Assembly: GCA_964453155.1 (NCBI GenBank)
Contig: CAYVQU010000006.1
Coordinates: forward strand, 5,059 to 69,058
Direction of reading: 5' to 3'
Source of the DNA: an uncultured Anaerolineales bacterium
Lineage (GTDB): Bacteria > Chloroflexota > Anaerolineae > Anaerolineales > UBA11858
DNA length: 64,000 bases
Under the pieces are notes generated by a model. That model saw only the letters and a program-made list of their open reading frames with translations. It searched no databases and was not told where the DNA came from. This document shows positions 59,673 to 64,000 of the stretch, piece by piece. Each line of letters begins with the position of its first letter. Position 1 is the stretch's first letter. A program made the position numbers and the translations under genes.

Positions 59673-59781
59673 GTCGGCAGTTTGAAGGAAAATGGCAAAT
59701 TTTGCCGCACAGCGGCTTTTCAAGTTTAGCAGATTTCGGTTTGAACCTGCTAATAGTTTTCAAGTACTTGCCAAAATCTAC
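59673..59781 (+). repeat. Dual-hairpin element family 1, copy D (degenerate)
   Basis: GTCGGCAGTTTGAAG..TGCCGCAC..TTTAGCAGATTTCGGTTTGAAC..TTGCCAAAATCTAC. The 18-nt core is identical to copy A. The right arm of hairpin 2 pairs 9 of 11. Confidence 0.6.
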
Positions 59782-59913
59782 ATAATTAAATCATCAAGTG
59801 ACAATCAATTTCAAAGTTCGCGTGGTTTTTATATTATACGGGAGAACTTGGGTTAATGATCATCAGATTGCCCGTTTCGGTGGGAATCAGCATGGTTTAG
59901 GCCAAGGATGGGA

Positions 59914-62673
59914 TTACTCACCAATCTGCCAGAGCAGCACCTGTCCATCTTTCGTGCCGGCCGCCAGCTGTTTGCCGTTTGGCGAGAACGCGATAGCATT
60001 AATCCAGCCTAATTCTTCTCGGAAGGTGGTCACATTTTCACCCGAACCTGGATCCCAGACGGTAATTTTTCCATAACCGGCAATCGCCAAGAAATTCCTC
60101 CCCGGCGAAAATGCAACCTGGCTCTGATTCGGATCACCAAAGGTGTGAATCATTTCCTCAGAAGCAACTCGCCAGACGCTGCCCGTTGGGGTAGCGATCA
60201 ACTCGCCAGTTGGGGAAATATCGAGACCTCGAATTGAAATATCTTCCATAAATGTTGTCAGAATTGATCCCGATGCAAACTCCCAGATATTAATTTGGCC
60301 CATGCCATTCACGGTAGCAAAACGGGTTCCATCGGGGAAAAAATCAATGGCAAACATGCCATTGGGATTCTCGATCGTGCTTACTAAATCGCCGGTCTGT
60401 GGATTCCAGACCTGGAGCTGACCCCGTCCGGTATCGGCGATAAGCCGGGACCCATCAGGAGAAAAAACCAGATCGGACGGCGCTTCAATCGGCAGCAAAC
60501 GAAGGATCTCACCTGTCAGCGGGTTGCGGATGGCGACATTATGATAGACAAAACTCGCCAATAGGCTGCCATCCGGCGAGAACGATATTGATCCGACCGG
60601 CTGGTCACTGGCAGCCTCCTTCCAAAGCAACTCAAAGGGATCTAACCGGTAGACCATGACACTCCGCAAAAACCCGACTGCCAGTAATTTTCCATCAGGA
60701 GAAAAATCCATTTCCCAGGCACTGCCTTCGCTCCCATCTGATGACGCAGCATCCCAGCGGCTGATTTCGTAAAAAGTAAAGGACTGCGGGTCCGAAGGGG
60801 TATCATCTGTTTGAGGCGGTTTGGGGAGCGTGGTTTCGGCTTGCTCCGGAGAGGTTAATGGTGTATCTAAAGATGTGGATGAAGCACAGCGAAAACCGAT
60901 GGCATAGTTCCACCCATCAATTTCATAGGCATAGCGATTGGTAGTGCGATTGCTGTCTGGCGTCGTGTCCCAGGCTCCACCGCGCATGACCCGATACTCA
61001 CCGATGTCCGGCCCCTGGGGATTGTGTCGGGCTTCGGCGGGATAGGCCGCGTACCAATCGGCAACATACTCCCATACATTTCCGGCCATATCGAAGGCGC
61101 CTACCCAATTAGCCGCATGCTCATAACTGCCTACCGCGCCAACTTCCCGAAAGCCATCACCGAGTGATGTATCCGGCGTTCCGACCGGGCAATTGGCATC
61201 ACAGTAATTCAAATTAAGGCCATTGAAGTCATTGCCCCAGGGGAACATGGTTTGGGCTGGTCCGCGCGCCGCGTATTCCCATTCAGCCTCAGTGGGCAAA
61301 CGGGCATCGGCCCAATGGCAATATTTGTCGGCCTGGCTCCAGGTGATATAGATTACAGGGTAGTTATCAAAAGCCGGATTGCCATAATATTCGGCTTCCA
61401 TCCCGGAATGGGTTCGGAATGGGGGCGAGCAATCTTGCGCGGCTACACACTGCTGATACTGGCCATTGGTCACTTCGGTTTGATCGATCCAAAAACCATC
61501 CAAAGAAACCGAGTGCACGGGCTGCTCATCAGCCCACCATTCCAGCTTACAATCAGCCAAAATCTGATTACAGAGTTCAAGTGTGGTAGCTAATTCTTCA
61601 GCGGTGCTACCCATATTGAAACTCCCCGCCGGCACATAAACCTGGGTGGCCCCATCCCTGTCTCGCATTTGGCGGGTTCCGGCGGCAGGTTCTTGATGAG
61701 ACAATTCGGTACCATGCAGCCTAAAATTATCAAATAAAATGTCGGCCCCATATTCGGTTTCGGGATAAGTACCGGCAAACAACGAGAATCCCCCAGTATT
61801 GACTGCAGCCGGAATTTGGATCAACGCAATCTCATTTACATAAAAACCCAACAAATCTCCGGCACAATCAATCCGCAAATGATTCGTTACGCCTTCAGAA
61901 GTCGTCCCGAGGATCGCATCACTTACCTGCCAATTCTCCATCCCAAAGTACTGCCAGTGACCACCGATAATTTGCTGGACGCCAAAATAACCCTGATTAG
62001 TTATGAAAAACTGATAACCCGATTCCTGGGTTGGATCGGTCCAGCAAACCGCCCCAAAATAAACGACATCGGTTTCCGACATCATCCCTGGGATGGTGGC
62101 ATCCACTGTAATGGTTCGATCCGTCAAAATCAAGCCGGGATCAGAATACAGGGCCCAATCGGGATCCACGACCACAAACCGGAGCGCCTCGCCCTGATAG
62201 CTCACACTGCCGCGCTGCTTAGTCACATTGTCCGGAAATTCACCGGTTTTCCAGCCGCTGGTTGGATCGGAATAATCATCATTCAGCAAAACCTGAAATT
62301 CAGCTGGAATTGCCGGGGCAGATCGCACGGAAATTGGTTTATCCGCAGCCCCCGTAACTTCAAGCGGTTGCATCTCGGGTTGAGTAACCTCAGTTGTGGT
62401 TTCTGTTTGGGTCTCAACGACCGCGATTTCATTGGTGGGTGATATTAATTTCGGGAGGACAAAAATAATTCCAACCCCGAAAATACCTAATATGATTATG
62501 CCTACCAATGCGCCCCATAGCAATCCTTTTAGCGGGTTGGATTTTGAGGCGGGCGCTGCCGGAGCATACTGGGGTGCTACCCCCATTACTAAACTGGCGC
62601 CACATTCCCCACAGAATTTGCGCCCTGGTTCATGGTGAGTCCCGCAACTTTGACAGTGATGGGTATTATTCAT
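59914..62673 (-). CDS. Zn-ribbon / TM / FGE-sulfatase (SUMF1-type C-lectin fold) / WD40 beta-propeller multidomain protein
   Basis: CQSCGTHHEPGRKFCGECG; one TM helix; DEQPVHSVSLDGFWIDQTEVTN...WEYAARG...RVMRGGAWD...IGFRCA. C-terminal WD-like repeats (FSPDGS.., VWNPQTG..). ATG at 62673 with a GGAGG RBS. Confidence 0.8.
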   Translation of the reverse strand: MNNTHHCQSCGTHHEPGRKFCGECGASLVMGVAPQYAPAAPASKSNPLKGLLWGALVGIIILGIFGVGIIFVLPKLISPTNEIAVVETQTETTTEVTQPEMQPLEVTGAADKPISVRSAPAIPAEFQVLLNDDYSDPTSGWKTGEFPDNVTKQRGSVSYQGEALRFVVVDPDWALYSDPGLILTDRTITVDATIPGMMSETDVVYFGAVCWTDPTQESGYQFFITNQGYFGVQQIIGGHWQYFGMENWQVSDAILGTTSEGVTNHLRIDCAGDLLGFYVNEIALIQIPAAVNTGGFSLFAGTYPETEYGADILFDNFRLHGTELSHQEPAAGTRQMRDRDGATQVYVPAGSFNMGSTAEELATTLELCNQILADCKLEWWADEQPVHSVSLDGFWIDQTEVTNGQYQQCVAAQDCSPPFRTHSGMEAEYYGNPAFDNYPVIYITWSQADKYCHWADARLPTEAEWEYAARGPAQTMFPWGNDFNGLNLNYCDANCPVGTPDTSLGDGFREVGAVGSYEHAANWVGAFDMAGNVWEYVADWYAAYPAEARHNPQGPDIGEYRVMRGGAWDTTPDSNRTTNRYAYEIDGWNYAIGFRCASSTSLDTPLTSPEQAETTLPKPPQTDDTPSDPQSFTFYEISRWDAASSDGSEGSAWEMDFSPDGKLLAVGFLRSVMVYRLDPFELLWKEAASDQPVGSISFSPDGSLLASFVYHNVAIRNPLTGEILRLLPIEAPSDLVFSPDGSRLIADTGRGQLQVWNPQTGDLVSTIENPNGMFAIDFFPDGTRFATVNGMGQINIWEFASGSILTTFMEDISIRGLDISPTGELIATPTGSVWRVASEEMIHTFGDPNQSQVAFSPGRNFLAIAGYGKITVWDPGSGENVTTFREELGWINAIAFSPNGKQLAAGTKDGQVLLWQIGE

Positions 62674-62704
62674 CGAAACACCTCCGACGCGAACCAACCA
62701 GAAA

Positions 62705-62734
62705 CAAAAAATCGCCCTCACAGTGAAGGGCGAT
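62705..62734 (-). terminator. Terminator-like hairpin 30-60 nt upstream of the FGE/WD40 gene start
   Basis: The minus strand reads ATCGCCCT-TCACTGTG-AGGGCGAT followed by TTTTTT. Confidence 0.55.
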
Positions 62735-62903
62735 ACCCAGGTGATGATGAATTATTATGGTGACAGGGTCAACCTCACATAATGAGGATATCCGGATGAG
62801 AAAATCAGATTTCTAATATGAATTCTATCATAGCTATCGAGCCCATCTCGCAATTTCCAAGAAGACGACAAAAGATATTTTGGATGTGATTACAACTGCT
62901 TCT

Positions 62904-64000
62904 TCAGTGTTCTGTAGTTGAACTCCCGATGACAATATCACCGGTTTCTTGCCTGACTAATTTTGCGGAAAAAGCGAAAAACAATCCTAAAAATAGGGGT
63001 GGGAACCAAATATTCCAAAAAGCCTGGTATTTCAGCAAGCCTTGCAATATGATCAATGCTTGAGCAGCAGCATAAACCCAGACCAACTTTTGGACACTTT
63101 TACGCTCAGACAACTTCAAAATTGCCACCGTAACCTGTAATACTGGAACCAACAGCACAATCCAGTCAGTGATCCAACCATAGGCAAGGGTCAAAGATGA
63201 AATTATCAGTAATTGGGGTCCATGTGTTCGCCAGGACCAATTTTCATAAAACTTAGAATAATAGCTAATGGCTACAAATGCGCCCAAGATGGGAGGAATA
63301 AACTGAAGTTCAAATATGTCCCACCTAAAGATCATACGCAAGACGGTTCCCCAACTTGGCGTGAGCCAATGGGTAGGTTGATCTGCCTGGATCGTGCTCA
63401 AATAATGTGATAGCACGTCTGGATTAGGAATAAATGCAATCAGGGTACCGAGTAAAACGGCAACGATTAACCCCATCCCAATTCGCCAGCGTCGCTGGCG
63501 TAATAGCCACAAAAGAGAAATTCCGCCCATCAAAAAAAATACATGGGGTTTGATCGTCATCAAAAATAGAAATACGCCAGCAATAAAATCTCGCCGGGAT
63601 TGCTCAAAATACAGAAAACCTGCTAATCCCAAGAGAATAAAGGGGGTAATTTGACCTATATTCAACGCCATAAATACGGGCATGAAAGTAAACGCAATTA
63701 TAGGTGGCAGCCACTTCTCCGTGGTTGAATCACCCTCATAAATCCGCCAAATCCAAACACTGCTGACCCACATGGCGGCAAAAGAAGCAGCCATCCAGAG
63801 CAGCCAACTTAATCGATACGAGAAAATCCCGAAGGGCATCACCACCGACAGGGTCCAGGGGGGATTCCACATCATATCGGGTTCGGAACCAATCCATCCG
63901 ACCGCTTTTTGCAAGGGAAAGAGCAAATCTGGATCATAAGGATTTTGCCCGGCCAAATTAAGCTGTCCCGCGGACCAATATTCCACAAAATCATTGATCG
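62904..64000 (-). CDS. GT87/DUF2029-like polytopic membrane glycosyltransferase, N-terminus beyond window edge
   Basis: Multi-TM ORF. The frame stays open upstream of the GTG at 63986 (..INDFVEYWSAGQLNLAGQNPYDP), matching the DxxxYW..G..PY region of DUF2029 proteins. Confidence 0.6.
   Translation of the reverse strand, partial: INDFVEYWSAGQLNLAGQNPYDPDLLFPLQKAVGWIGSEPDMMWNPPWTLSVVMPFGIFSYRLSWLLWMAASFAAMWVSSVWIWRIYEGDSTTEKWLPPIIAFTFMPVFMALNIGQITPFILLGLAGFLYFEQSRRDFIAGVFLFLMTIKPHVFFLMGGISLLWLLRQRRWRIGMGLIVAVLLGTLIAFIPNPDVLSHYLSTIQADQPTHWLTPSWGTVLRMIFRWDIFELQFIPPILGAFVAISYYSKFYENWSWRTHGPQLLIISSLTLAYGWITDWIVLLVPVLQVTVAILKLSERKSVQKLVWVYAAAQALIILQGLLKYQAFWNIWFPPLFLGLFFAFSAKLVRQETGDIVIGSSTTEH

Noticed and set aside
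4937-59781. Whether the recurring hairpin elements could be a CRISPR array or its remnants.
   Set aside because: The copies are 4-22 kb apart, lie in both orientations, are about 110 nt long with internal structure, and are not interleaved with short unique spacers. There are no cas genes.
60880-61000. Possible diversity-generating retroelement (DGR) variable region in the FGE-sulfatase domain.
   Set aside because: I saw no reverse transcriptase gene, no accessory gene and no template-repeat copy of this segment anywhere in the 64-kb window. A DGR cannot be claimed from the protein motif alone.
1-64000. A genomic island, prophage or defence-system cluster.
   Set aside because: I saw no integrase, transposase, phage structural genes, restriction-modification, toxin-antitoxin or known defence-gene signatures. 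Apart from the AT-rich 38405-38724 spacer, base composition looks uniform by eye; I did not compute it.

Overview
Dense chromosomal window: 53 protein-coding genes (two run off the window edges). I saw no rRNA, tRNA, CRISPR array, transposase or prophage genes. The protein content suggests an anaerobic or facultative bacterium, possibly Chloroflexota/Anaerolineae-like; that is inference only. Left third: nucleoside hydrolases, hutH, an A-type Fe-S carrier, a phasin-like gene plus phaR, two convergent permease-Usp fusions, DUF485-actP, and a tkt-rpiB-tal operon. Centre (21.4-36.6 kb): a tightly packed, single-strand unit of about 15 kb containing HdrD-like, etfBA, a membrane HdrDE-like Fe-S oxidoreductase, three signalling proteins with no DNA-binding output, then hdrCBA and mvhDGA (group 3c-like [NiFe] hydrogenase). 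It is followed by a hydrogenase maturation protease, two cNMP-domain-only paralogs, and a Rieske/cytochrome b6-type operon. That operon is translationally coupled to a second HdrDE-like fusion, and its cytochrome b carries an N-terminal c-type heme motif. Right third: a stand-alone winged-helix protein, a NarL-type two-component pair, FmdE-like plus DmsABC-like Mo-oxidoreductase with no intact Tat motif, MFS, REC-GGDEF, a DUF58/transglutaminase/MoxR set, a Zn-ribbon/FGE-sulfatase/WD40 giant protein, and a GT87-like membrane protein. The most unusual observations are: (i) the Rieske/cyt b6(c-fused)/HdrDE-like operon; (ii) a six-copy family of ~110-nt dual-hairpin intergenic elements with compensatory base changes, two copies (plus one possible 5' remnant) starting exactly at a stop codon; (iii) a second two-copy element with 15-bp terminal inverted repeats; (iv) signalling genes embedded in the Etf-Hdr-Mvh unit. 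All functional calls rest on motifs read by eye. No database search was possible.
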